This document shows, piece by piece, positions 27,345 to 35,262 of a DNA stretch of 35,262 nucleotides. The notes under the pieces are model-generated. The model saw only the letters and a list, made by a program, of their open reading frames with translations. It searched no databases and was not told where the DNA came from. Numbering within the stretch: position 1 is the stretch's first letter; every line of letters starts with the position of its first letter. The stretch is taken from positions 1 through 35,262 of the IMG/VR virus record IMGVR_UViG_3300047511_000315; one strand, 5' to 3'. A program made the position numbers and the translations under genes. The DNA is from a virus. Its lineage: Duplodnaviria; Caudoviricetes.

Positions 27345-29530
27345 TATTTAAGATTTTTAAAAGCCGCTCTAGAAACTTTACCTGAAATCAAAGACCCCCG
27401 GCGTTCTAAATTTTTAAACGGACTATACTTTAATTTATACAAATTTTTTTGATTTTCCAAGTTCTTTGTGCTATCTTCTTCATTTCTTTTAGCAAATCCT
27501 CTATTAGACTGCTGTATTTTAGCAAATGCAACTAAAGCGGCAAAAGAAACTAACCGGTCAACGTTTACACCAGGCTGATATGCTAGCATCTCTTTTAATA
27601 ACATCGGATCTGGGATCCTTTCAATTCCAAACTCTACACTTAATGTGTTTCCTTCGGAGTCAAGTTCTTTGTCAATCTCTTCCCTTAAAAACTCAATTGC
27701 ATAAGAAATAAGATGGCTTTTAAACAAAGTTCCTGTATTTTTCCAACCATACTCCTGATAAACTGTGGTATTTGAACCTAAGTCTTTTAGAAATAAAATT
27801 TGTTGTTTTGGAACAAGGTATCTTTGTTTTCTTTTTGATATCATGTACTGAATAAAAAGAGAGATGTTGTTTTCTACTACAGTCCAAGCGTTATACCATT
27901 CTATGATTTTTTCTAATTGCTCATGTGTTTTGTTAATGTCATCATAACGACCACACCAAGCGGCAACAATTTTATCTTTTTCTATAAAAGATTCATACCC
28001 ATCTGGAGTTTCACGTTTAACTTCTGTGGCAGATTTATAAACATAAATGCTGCACAAAGAATCAGAGGTGGTTGTTTTACCTTCAGAAACAGGGTCAATA
28101 GAAGCATAGTAGTTTAAAAACCCAGGATTCTTTGTTGGCCTTTCCCAAACAACTAAAACCCCAGATTTGTCTGTTGTTTGTTTATCAATGGGAAATTGAG
28201 ATATTGGTAGTTTACTAGTTCTCTTTGCAACAATACCTTCTGCTGTTCTTTCTAGTTCAATACATTCATAAGGAAAATGCTTTTCTTCTATCTTTTTAAG
28301 ATGTTTAGAAATAAGACCTTGAGGAAATATAGATTCCTTTCTATAAGCAAATGCTTCCGCAATATTAGTGGGGGACTGTGATATCCTAAGTTGATACTGT
28401 TCAGGATTTAATTCTGTCTTCCATTTTGCTCTCTGGTTATAAATACTCACTAATGCTTCTGAAACTAATGAGTTACCGTAGGCATCAATAAACGGCGGCA
28501 TTGACCATTGTTCAGGTATAAATAAACCGGCTAATCCAACAGTATTATCTCCATCTAAAAGATCTGTTTCCACAGCGTATATATCATTATTAGTGGGATT
28601 TAATATCATATCCTTAAGAGGTTTGCATTGCTCTAAGTCACCAACAGAACCCGCTGCAATAAACATACCCGTGGTAAGTTGTCCGGATGACATAGCCGGC
28701 CTTAAATACTCATACGTCTCCATCATTTTTGGAGCAATGCCGGCCTCTTCATGAAAAAAGTATGTAGTTGGTCCACCGACGCCTGTGGTAGGACTTTTTT
28801 CAAATGAAGTACCTTGTATTTTAGATTTTAAACCTTTTGTGGTTTTTCTATTTCCAACTCTAACCTCAATTTGCTGTTGCCATAAGAGAACTTTTTCTGG
28901 ATTGCTTGGTCTGTACCAAGCTGTATGCTGATTAAGAAAATCTTTATATTCATCTAAAAATTTCCAAGAACCTTTATCATTTATATAGTCCTTTAAACTA
29001 GCACCAATCTTACACACACTACCTTCTTCAAACCAATATGTATTTATAATCTTACCCATATGAAAGTAAGAAGAAGCAATCTGACGTTTTTTTAAAATTG
29101 CAACATGCTTAAAATTAAGTTCCGCCAGCAACTCATATAAAGCCATATGATACTGAGCATCTCTGACTTTAGCAAACCCATATTTCTTTTCCTCTTTATC
29201 ATATATCGGAAGAAAATTAAGCCACATGTAGTAATCTCTAGTTAGATACCACACGCGATCACCATTTTTAAAAATTACACCTTTTCTACATTTTTCTTTT
29301 TGATCATCCCAATAAGTATTAAAATCTTTAGACCTAAATGGTGATGCGCAATAAAAACCTTGCTCTTCAAAGTTTCTAGATTGTTGATTAAAATCTGAAG
29401 ATGTCTCATCAAATTGATATTCCCCAGGAATTTTAAAAATAGAAATTAAAAAATCAATAAACTCCTGATCCGTGTCAAATTCTGTAACGGTCCATTTTTT
29501 ATCTTCATATGTTGGTATAATTCTACTCAC
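27344..29530 (-). CDS. terL: Terminase large subunit
   Basis: Walker A-like LKKRQIASS, Walker B YFFHEEAG, and RNase H-like nuclease motifs SIDPV, VENN, DRLVSF. Confidence 0.92.
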   Translation of the reverse strand: MSRIIPTYEDKKWTVTEFDTDQEFIDFLISIFKIPGEYQFDETSSDFNQQSRNFEEQGFYCASPFRSKDFNTYWDDQKEKCRKGVIFKNGDRVWYLTRDYYMWLNFLPIYDKEEKKYGFAKVRDAQYHMALYELLAELNFKHVAILKKRQIASSYFHMGKIINTYWFEEGSVCKIGASLKDYINDKGSWKFLDEYKDFLNQHTAWYRPSNPEKVLLWQQQIEVRVGNRKTTKGLKSKIQGTSFEKSPTTGVGGPTTYFFHEEAGIAPKMMETYEYLRPAMSSGQLTTGMFIAAGSVGDLEQCKPLKDMILNPTNNDIYAVETDLLDGDNTVGLAGLFIPEQWSMPPFIDAYGNSLVSEALVSIYNQRAKWKTELNPEQYQLRISQSPTNIAEAFAYRKESIFPQGLISKHLKKIEEKHFPYECIELERTAEGIVAKRTSKLPISQFPIDKQTTDKSGVLVVWERPTKNPGFLNYYASIDPVSEGKTTTSDSLCSIYVYKSATEVKRETPDGYESFIEKDKIVAAWCGRYDDINKTHEQLEKIIEWYNAWTVVENNISLFIQYMISKRKQRYLVPKQQILFLKDLGSNTTVYQEYGWKNTGTLFKSHLISYAIEFLREEIDKELDSEGNTLSVEFGIERIPDPMLLKEMLAYQPGVNVDRLVSFAALVAFAKIQQSNRGFAKRNEEDSTKNLENQKNLYKLKYSPFKNLERRGSLISGKVSRAAFKNLK

Positions 29531-29804
29531 CCACTATCACAGCTAAAATATCATTGTGAGAAATTAACAAATGCTTTTCACCATTATGATACATTTCTTG
29601 GGCATTTGCGTAATCTACATACTGAACCAACTCCCCAACATTAATATCAGAAATTTCTTTACCAACTCCAACAACATAACCTTGACAGGTTTTTTCTTTG
29701 GCGCTGTCTGGTATAATAATAGTAGTGCCTGGAAAAAATTGTTCAGGTTTTTTTTCCAGTATCAGTATTTTTTTCCCTATCGGAATTATCTTTTGGTTTT
29801 TCAT
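29523..29804 (-). CDS. groES: Co-chaperonin GroES (Cpn10)
   Basis: IIPIGKKILI, IIIPDSAKEK..QGYVVGVG, VGELV and LLISHNDILAV match the Cpn10 pattern. Confidence 0.9.
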   Translation of the reverse strand: MKNQKIIPIGKKILILEKKPEQFFPGTTIIIPDSAKEKTCQGYVVGVGKEISDINVGELVQYVDYANAQEMYHNGEKHLLISHNDILAVIVGE

Positions 29805-29895
29805 CTTTTATTTTTTTATATTTTTTTTTATTTATTTCATTAATAAACAAACAGTCATCCCAATAACAAAAAATTAACTCTATATTTTTATTCAT
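29743..29895 (-). CDS. Putative 50-aa ORF (IFCYWDD motif) overlapping groES
   Basis: MNKNIELIFCYWDDCLFINEINKKKYKKIKDEKPKDNSDREKNTDTGKKT*. Starts 2 nt after the SET stop. Confidence 0.4.
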   Translation of the reverse strand: MNKNIELIFCYWDDCLFINEINKKKYKKIKDEKPKDNSDREKNTDTGKKT

Positions 29896-29897
29896 CG

Positions 29898-30260
29898 TTA
29901 GGGTTTTAATAAATGTTTGTAAGTATCATAAGAGGGGTCAAAAGTTGAATAGTTTTCTGTAATTTCTTCTCCGGGATTTATATCTCTTAAAGCTTTTCCA
30001 GTGGCGCCATCTACAGTAGGATCATCAGCATGATTAATATACATAGTATCATCAATGCAATGATGAACATTGTCACCAACAACCCAAGTGTAAGTATCCA
30101 TATAAAAACTTGAAAAAGCACTAAGGGCTTCAGTATCATATTTTTTAATTTTTTGTATACTATTTTCATAAACCAATGAATCTTTTGGAATAAATTCAGC
30201 AGCAAATAAACCTAACCCCTTACCGGCTGATTTGTCAATTAACGTTTTAAATAAAATCAT
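29898..30260 (-). CDS. Stand-alone SET-domain protein-lysine methyltransferase
   Basis: KSAGKGLGLFAAEFIPK, YINHADDPT and ALRDINPGEEITENY correspond to the conserved SET motifs. Confidence 0.9.
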   Translation of the reverse strand: MILFKTLIDKSAGKGLGLFAAEFIPKDSLVYENSIQKIKKYDTEALSAFSSFYMDTYTWVVGDNVHHCIDDTMYINHADDPTVDGATGKALRDINPGEEITENYSTFDPSYDTYKHLLKP

Positions 30261-30886
30261 AACTGCTTTTTAAAATCTGTTAAGTAATTGTCATCAGTGT
30301 AATAACCGCGATTAGAATCTACAGTATAAATATTTCTATCAATTCTATAACCAGGATTATTGTTGATTCTGACAAATGTATAAGCTTTATCAATCCAAAT
30401 AATTCTATTATTGGGGTAAATAAAATAATTACCGTTGTCCATTTTAAAAACATGGCCACACTTATGCTCATATGTTTCAGAAAAATTTGTGTCCAGCATT
30501 GATTTATTCTCATGCGACCAATCAAGAGTGAACATATACACACCCAATCTTTTAACCCCACTAATTGAAATTAGTTCCGCGCTTAATGGATAAAGTCTAG
30601 CTCTTACTTGAACATCAATATACGGGCTAAAGCTATCCCAATAAACATGTTCTGTTAGTGGTAAAACCTCTGCATCTGTTTTCCAACAAAAAGCATGAAT
30701 GGGCCTACGAGTCCAGTTCACCCCATTCTCTAAAAAAGCCTCAAACAAAGGGACCATACCCTCTATTGATGCTACAGTATGTAAATTTGCTACAGTATAT
30801 TCACCATGACCTCGTTCATGATTGAATAAAAACTCATTGCGAATAAAGCAAGGAGTGAGCGGGAGATTATGATTTAAATAGGCCAT
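30257..30886 (-). CDS. Phage hypothetical protein (MAYLNHNLP... type)
   Basis: 209-aa aromatic/His-rich ORF with LENG...RRPIHAF and HKCGH...GNYFIYPNNR; ATGA-coupled to the SET gene. Confidence 0.6.
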   Translation of the reverse strand: MAYLNHNLPLTPCFIRNEFLFNHERGHGEYTVANLHTVASIEGMVPLFEAFLENGVNWTRRPIHAFCWKTDAEVLPLTEHVYWDSFSPYIDVQVRARLYPLSAELISISGVKRLGVYMFTLDWSHENKSMLDTNFSETYEHKCGHVFKMDNGNYFIYPNNRIIWIDKAYTFVRINNNPGYRIDRNIYTVDSNRGYYTDDNYLTDFKKQL

Positions 30887-31404
30887 TATATTTGATCATA
30901 TGCTAAACCTTGACCACCTCTTACATGACTCTCTTGTTCTTGAACCATGTCATTAAAAGCACCTTTGTATGATTGTCTTATCTGTTCAAACTTAGCTGCT
31001 GCATTAACTAAAGAATTAATATTACCATCACGACCATGCTCAATAGCTGTTGTTTCCATATACTTTGCAAGTCTATCAAGCATTGATTTAATTCCTTTGT
31101 ATGCTCTGTATGTTGGTGTTTCATAAAGTTTTTTACATATCAAAAGAGCATATACAATTGCATCATCCTCAACAGATTCTTGCAATTTAACCTCATCAAT
31201 TATCAAATCTTCCTTTTCCACTTCTGAGACATTAAAGAAAGGATTCATATCTGGATTTGGGCAGGTCATGTAAAATAAATACTGATAAACGGACATATAT
31301 GTATCCGGGTAATTGTCCATGATTGCTTTTAAAGAACTGATTGCATAGCAATGTTCTGTTGGAATTGTCTTTCCGTTTTGTATATCAAATAATCTTATTA
31401 TCAT
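30886..31404 (-). CDS. Conserved helical protein, candidate terminase small subunit
   Basis: 172 aa, helical, ending VRGGQGLAYDQI, upstream of terL. The function is inferred from position only. Confidence 0.4.
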   Translation of the reverse strand: MIIRLFDIQNGKTIPTEHCYAISSLKAIMDNYPDTYMSVYQYLFYMTCPNPDMNPFFNVSEVEKEDLIIDEVKLQESVEDDAIVYALLICKKLYETPTYRAYKGIKSMLDRLAKYMETTAIEHGRDGNINSLVNAAAKFEQIRQSYKGAFNDMVQEQESHVRGGQGLAYDQI

Positions 31405-32210
31405 TTTTTATCTTTTATCCAATGCATTAATGTATTAACTTCATCCTTTAAATAAGGGAGATCATAAAAAACAATATCCTCAATTACAGGTTCACCATTA
31501 ACATGTTCAATTATAGGGTATCCATTTTTATCATTTCCAAGTTGCACAAATTTTACATGTTGAAGCGTGAGCTTTCCAACGTTTAATCTCGGGTTGTGCT
31601 TCTTTATAATATACGCATAAATACTCAATTGTAAATTATAATGATTGAGATTGCAATTATCTAAATGAGAGAGAGGCGGTTGCATTTTTTCAGATACACC
31701 CTCCCAATTTGTAAAACTTGTTTCTTTAATTTCTTTGTTTGTTTTATAATCCGTGATGTTAACTGTATTGTTAAATATCTCAACTAAATCAGCCTGACCA
31801 CAAATACCAACAGATTTCAAATAAACCAAATGTTCAGGATAAATACCATCCGATAATCTTTGATCTGAAGAAATCTTAATTCCATTTTCAACAATTGGCT
31901 TTATGATAGGAAGATCAAAACCATCTTTACTGATATACTCAAACTCAGACATATCTGATTCTCTTTGATGATGATACCAATTACCTAATGTGATAGCCCT
32001 TTGGGTTTCTCCTTCCCAAGCAGCTATAATCTCAGCTTCTGTCATTCCATACCACTTAGATTTTTTGTTTCCGGCTGCTTTTTTTGCTGCAGCTGCTGAA
32101 TCAAACTTGGGTTTAAACATCCCAATAAAGGATGTGACACTAATCCAATTTATATCATCATTTTGAACACTTTTGTATTTATGCCCATCTTCACTAAAAG
32201 TAAGCGCCAT
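31401..32210 (-). CDS. PD-(D/E)XK (RecB-like) exonuclease
   Basis: SVTSFI, GNWYH, E..., GQADLV, TDYKTN and YNLQLSIY motifs. Confidence 0.88.
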   Translation of the reverse strand: MALTFSEDGHKYKSVQNDDINWISVTSFIGMFKPKFDSAAAAKKAAGNKKSKWYGMTEAEIIAAWEGETQRAITLGNWYHHQRESDMSEFEYISKDGFDLPIIKPIVENGIKISSDQRLSDGIYPEHLVYLKSVGICGQADLVEIFNNTVNITDYKTNKEIKETSFTNWEGVSEKMQPPLSHLDNCNLNHYNLQLSIYAYIIKKHNPRLNVGKLTLQHVKFVQLGNDKNGYPIIEHVNGEPVIEDIVFYDLPYLKDEVNTLMHWIKDKK

Positions 32211-32213
32211 ATT

Positions 32214-32510
32214 TTAGTATTTAATTTTTATATTTCCAGTTACACTTGACACCCATTCCACAGGTAAAGAAGCTGATACAGAAAGATTATCTAATATTTG
32301 TACTTCATTCTCTTCTTCAGGCAATATGTTTTCAATAGAAACTTCCTCGTCAAAAGCATTATTATCTTTTACCAAGTCCATAAAATTATCAATAAAAAAA
32401 TCTTCACTGTTAATTGCTTTAGCAACTAACATTTTAGATCTAACATATTTACCCAATTCAGCATTGCTTTTAATAGATTCAATCTCGGATTCAAAAATTT
32501 CAATCTTCAT
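32214..32510 (-). CDS. Hypothetical acidic protein (98 aa)
   Basis: Likely start is MKIEIFES at 32510, giving a short overlap with the upstream gene; contains SNAELGKYVR. Confidence 0.5.
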   Translation of the reverse strand: MKIEIFESEIESIKSNAELGKYVRSKMLVAKAINSEDFFIDNFMDLVKDNNAFDEEVSIENILPEEENEVQILDNLSVSASLPVEWVSSVTGNIKIKY

Positions 32511-32820
32511 AGTTAATATTTGTTTTAAGTGTTTGTTCGGTTTGCTCATCCATGACAGCTTTCCACTTATCAAGTGGGCAACTAGAAGATAAAGCCCGGG
32601 TTTTAAATTCTAAACTGCACCCACATTCCCCACAACAGGGCTGGGTTCCATACATAACACACTTTGAACCTGTAGTATCAAGCCGGTCACACGTTTTACA
32701 TATAGACCATCTTAAAGCAGCTTCCGCCTCTATGTGCTCCTTCTTAAAGATATTATTTTTAATCCCCTCAAGTATCTGAGTGCTATTTGCAAAAGCCCCT
32801 AAAAAATTTTTTAAGCTCAT
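32500..32820 (-). CDS. Cys-rich metal-binding protein (DUF6171-like)
   Basis: RWSICKTC...CCGECGCSLEFKTR...CPLDKW. Confidence 0.65.
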   Translation of the reverse strand: MSLKNFLGAFANSTQILEGIKNNIFKKEHIEAEAALRWSICKTCDRLDTTGSKCVMYGTQPCCGECGCSLEFKTRALSSSCPLDKWKAVMDEQTEQTLKTNINYED

Positions 32821-33197
32821 AGTTTATCTTTTGAATATTTTTCCTTTTTGAATTTTCTTTTATCTTCTAAAATCTCCTCATACTCGGCATTTATTTTTTC
32901 AAGCTGTTCAATTTTTTCTTTTACCGCCACTGTTTTTTCATAACCATGATATGTGCTTTTAGCAAGATTGCCCAGGATATCTTTGTTTCTTTTAATTGTT
33001 TTTTCTAGTTTTTGTTTTCGTATTACAAATGTGCCAAGACCTTCAATATAAACTCTGGTGCTAGTTAAACCACTTAAGTTTTTTCTAACCTCTGCATAAA
33101 AAAAATCTATAAAATCTGAGACAACTTTAGAATGTACTCCCACTTCTTCAGCAATATCTTTTTCAAAATCTTTATACTTTTTGGGGTTCACTACCAA
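32817..33197 (-). CDS. HU/IHF-like DNA-binding protein with Lys-rich coiled-coil extension
   Basis: DIAEEVGVHSKVVSDFIDFFYAEVRKNL...RVYIEGLGTFVIR matches the HU/IHF signature. Confidence 0.75.
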   Translation of the reverse strand: MVVNPKKYKDFEKDIAEEVGVHSKVVSDFIDFFYAEVRKNLSGLTSTRVYIEGLGTFVIRKQKLEKTIKRNKDILGNLAKSTYHGYEKTVAVKEKIEQLEKINAEYEEILEDKRKFKKEKYSKDKL

Positions 33198-33540
33198 GTA
33201 TTTTAAAGTCTAAAAAAATATTACCTGAAGCTGTAATCTGCATATCGTCATTAATCCTTATTGTCTTTTTGTTTTTCCCATGTTTGGTTATAAGATTCTT
33301 AGCATGAGCTTTAGCCAAAGCGTTTCTAACGGATTGCTCACTTTTGAAAATCTTCATATTAAAAACAGTGCTGCAAAATTTAGTCAGTTCCACATCTTGG
33401 TTTAAAGCAAGTTGTGTCAAACAATCCAATTCAGCTTCCGTGACATGAATTGAATTGAAAAAACAATATGTGAAAATCTGATATTTCACAGCATTTTCAG
33501 ATGTTGTCTGAACCTTTTTTTCAATTTTTTGTACAATCAT
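33172..33540 (-). CDS. Putative winged-HTH DNA-binding protein
   Basis: VTEAELDCL...SEQSVRNALAKAHAKNLITK fits a recognition helix plus wing. Confidence 0.55.
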   Translation of the reverse strand: MIVQKIEKKVQTTSENAVKYQIFTYCFFNSIHVTEAELDCLTQLALNQDVELTKFCSTVFNMKIFKSEQSVRNALAKAHAKNLITKHGKNKKTIRINDDMQITASGNIFLDFKILGSEPQKV

Positions 33541-33541
33541 A

Positions 33542-34459
33542 TTACAAACTCATTATAACATCAATAAGCCTAGGATCCGGGTAAACATCCATCTTGTCCC
33601 TCCTTATATTAGTGTGAGACAACAAACCTTTAACCTTACCGTAATAAGCATCATCTTGGTAATCAAAAGCTTTATTGACACCCTGGGTTTTAATCCATTG
33701 ATACAAACCAGCTCTCAAATCAATCCCATCTCTTTCACCAATAAATCTTAACCATTTAGATACAGCATCAATCTGTTTATCAGAATATCTATGCCAATTC
33801 ACAAATCCCTTAAACGGGGTGTCTAGCTTAATAACCTGCTCAGGCGCTGCAGTACTTTTGACATAGGTTTTAAATTTGGCATCTAAATTCCCCATTGAAC
33901 AGATTTCTAAACCCACAGCCCTGCGATTCATATACCCTGATCCTGAGTTACCTATGTGCCAAGCATTATTACCAGTCGGAAAAGCCTGCACCATAATTCC
34001 ATCATTTTTGTCTGAGCTTGTGACATGATTCTGACCCCCTAAAACAAACTCAGTACCCACACGCCCTCTGGTGTCTTTTGCCCACATGTCAATCGTGAAA
34101 TATGGGTTATCATTGCCGGCCGTGTGATGAAGAATAGCGTATTCTTTAGGCACATTATCATTAACATACTCATTTTTAGGCATATAATACTTATGTATTA
34201 ATTGCTCATAATTGTTTGCATAATAGTTAGCAGATAGATCTGTGTCTTTATCAATAGCCTCCATAAAACCCCCCTTTGACAAAAGAAGTGTCCATGTGGT
34301 ATTTCCAACAACACCATCCGGAAAAATTTCATGGTGCAGCTGATAGTTTACAACAGCAGCCCTAGTTACATCACCAAATACACCATCTGCCTTTAAGCCC
34401 AGTATCTGCTGTAGCTTTCTTACTTCCTCTCCCTTATCCCCCTTTTTTAGCATCTTCAT
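33542..34459 (-). CDS. Endolysin: peptidoglycan-binding domain plus N-acetylmuramoyl-L-alanine amidase (Amidase_2)
   Basis: LKKGDKGEEVRKLQ...DGVFG...DGVVGNTTW binding domain; ILHHTAG, AWHIG, GLEIC and LLSH...KMD amidase motifs. Confidence 0.9.
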   Translation of the reverse strand: MKMLKKGDKGEEVRKLQQILGLKADGVFGDVTRAAVVNYQLHHEIFPDGVVGNTTWTLLLSKGGFMEAIDKDTDLSANYYANNYEQLIHKYYMPKNEYVNDNVPKEYAILHHTAGNDNPYFTIDMWAKDTRGRVGTEFVLGGQNHVTSSDKNDGIMVQAFPTGNNAWHIGNSGSGYMNRRAVGLEICSMGNLDAKFKTYVKSTAAPEQVIKLDTPFKGFVNWHRYSDKQIDAVSKWLRFIGERDGIDLRAGLYQWIKTQGVNKAFDYQDDAYYGKVKGLLSHTNIRRDKMDVYPDPRLIDVIMSL

Positions 34460-34461
34460 AC

Positions 34462-34749
34462 TTAATCTCTCTTTAACTGTCTACGGGGTGCCTCTTCCAA
34501 TTCCTCATTTTCAGATGGATCCTGGCCATCTTCAGGGTTATTCTCAGCAAAAACCTGGGCAATAAACATTTGAGCTCGTGCCCGTTTTGCTCTAAGCTCC
34601 TCAATTTCAGTGAGTAAAGATTCGTATTTAACCTGAATCTCCAAATGTTTTATATTAGAAGAATAAAACTCTGAGATCTCTTCCCGCCTTTTGGCAATTT
34701 CCTCCTTTGAAAGTTGCGTGGCATTTTGTTGTTCTAAGTTGTTTTCCAT
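34462..34749 (-). CDS. Hypothetical coiled-coil protein
   Basis: 95 aa; preceded by a TATATTTG -7 box at 34779-34772. Confidence 0.6.
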   Translation of the reverse strand: MENNLEQQNATQLSKEEIAKRREEISEFYSSNIKHLEIQVKYESLLTEIEELRAKRARAQMFIAQVFAENNPEDGQDPSENEELEEAPRRQLKRD

Positions 34750-34804
34750 TTTTTATTTGGTTTAATTAATGCAAATATACCAAATAAAGTTAAATAAAAA
34801 ATGT

Positions 34805-35065
34805 TTATGTATTTATTTTTTTATTTAATGCCTCCAATAACTCGGCACACCTTTCATATTCCTCTAAACCCTCATAGTATTCAATCACATCCTTTATAGT
34901 ATTCTCACTTATTTCCTTATCCGGGTCATGAACTAAAAGTGTCACATTCCCCTTATTAGTATCTTCATCTAATAGATCTGTGAAGCTTACCTTATTAGTA
35001 ATGATTCTATAAGTGCTATAATAAGCTTTTTCAAGCTTCTTTTCAAATTCAATATGTTTGTCCAT
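34805..35065 (-). CDS. Hypothetical protein (86 aa) with C-terminal UVR-like EEYERCAEL motif
   Basis: Likely start is MDKHIEF at 35065. The longer track version runs through G-tracts and a promoter. Confidence 0.55.
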   Translation of the reverse strand: MDKHIEFEKKLEKAYYSTYRIITNKVSFTDLLDEDTNKGNVTLLVHDPDKEISENTIKDVIEYYEGLEEYERCAELLEALNKKINT

Positions 35066-35068
35066 ATT

Positions 35069-35101
35069 ATAATATACCAAATTTTTTTTATACTCCCCAA
35101 A
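35069..35101 (-). promoter_or_regulatory. TTTG-N21-TATATTAT promoter heading the minus-strand operon
   Basis: TTTG at 35101-35098 and TATATTAT at 35076-35069. Confidence 0.55.
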
Positions 35102-35262
35102 TTTACTACCCCCCATCCATTTAGGTGGGAAATATACCCCCCCTCCAGATGGCACTGTAACTGAAAGTTTTTTATTTAGTGCATTGTGTGGGGGTGCTAT
35201 TGAACCGCTCCCCGGCTACAATTTGACCGGGGTTGGCCCCCCGGATAAACTTAACCTCTAAA

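Noticed and set aside
21578-29530. Inteins or introns in terminase, portal or MCP
   Set aside because: The ORFs are continuous with plausible sizes; no intein splice-junction or LAGLIDADG/HNH motifs were evident.
29898-30260. Eukaryotic or giant-virus origin suggested by SET, VWA, FN3 and Cys-rich proteins
   Set aside because: Terminase-portal-HK97 capsid synteny, a peptidoglycan amidase and bacterial promoters and terminators identify a tailed bacteriophage.
31401-32210. Cas4 / CRISPR system
   Set aside because: The nuclease lacks the Cas4 four-Cys cluster, and I saw no repeat-spacer array or other cas gene.
538-32779. Plus-strand ORFs and short nested minus-strand ORFs in the track (e.g. 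3565-3882, 12573-12932, 21536-22192, 24059-24412)
   Set aside because: They are shadows of long minus-strand genes, with no recognisable motifs or expression signals.
1-35262. Stop-codon reassignment as seen in some Crassvirales
   Set aside because: Long genes are intact in the standard code. TAA, TAG (29523, 33172) and TGA (30257, 31401, 32817) all end genes at sensible overlaps.
35160-35262. tRNA in the GC-rich end
   Set aside because: No cloverleaf or T-loop (GTTCRA) signature was found by eye.

Overview
This window is the virion morphogenesis, packaging and lysis arm of a crAss-like (Crassvirales-related) podovirus. It is AT-rich, uses the standard code, and nearly every real gene is on the minus strand. 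TAnnTTTG-type promoters and A-rich leaders without Shine-Dalgarno sequences point to a Bacteroidota host. In transcription order (right to left): a GC-rich non-coding end; small genes; a PG-binding/amidase endolysin; wHTH, HU/IHF-like and Cys-rich proteins; a PD-(D/E)XK nuclease; a possible terminase small subunit; a stand-alone SET-domain methyltransferase; GroES; terminase large subunit; portal; acidic scaffold-like protein; major capsid protein; conserved crAss-like head/neck proteins; Cys-rich and fibre proteins; a metallophosphoesterase; a second IHF-like protein; two ring/tail-tube proteins; and a >1980-aa tail stabilisation (muzzle) protein that runs off the left edge and is missing from the ORF track. 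The most notable observations are: a minimal SET enzyme next to histone-like proteins; a MIDAS-bearing VWA domain inserted in the muzzle protein; a possible daisy-chain docking scheme among fibre proteins; a recurrent TTTG-N19-21-TATATTAT promoter variant, often fused to hairpins; and three short ORFs missed by the track, one of them a single base out of frame with GroES. All family assignments come from motifs and gene order, not from database searches.
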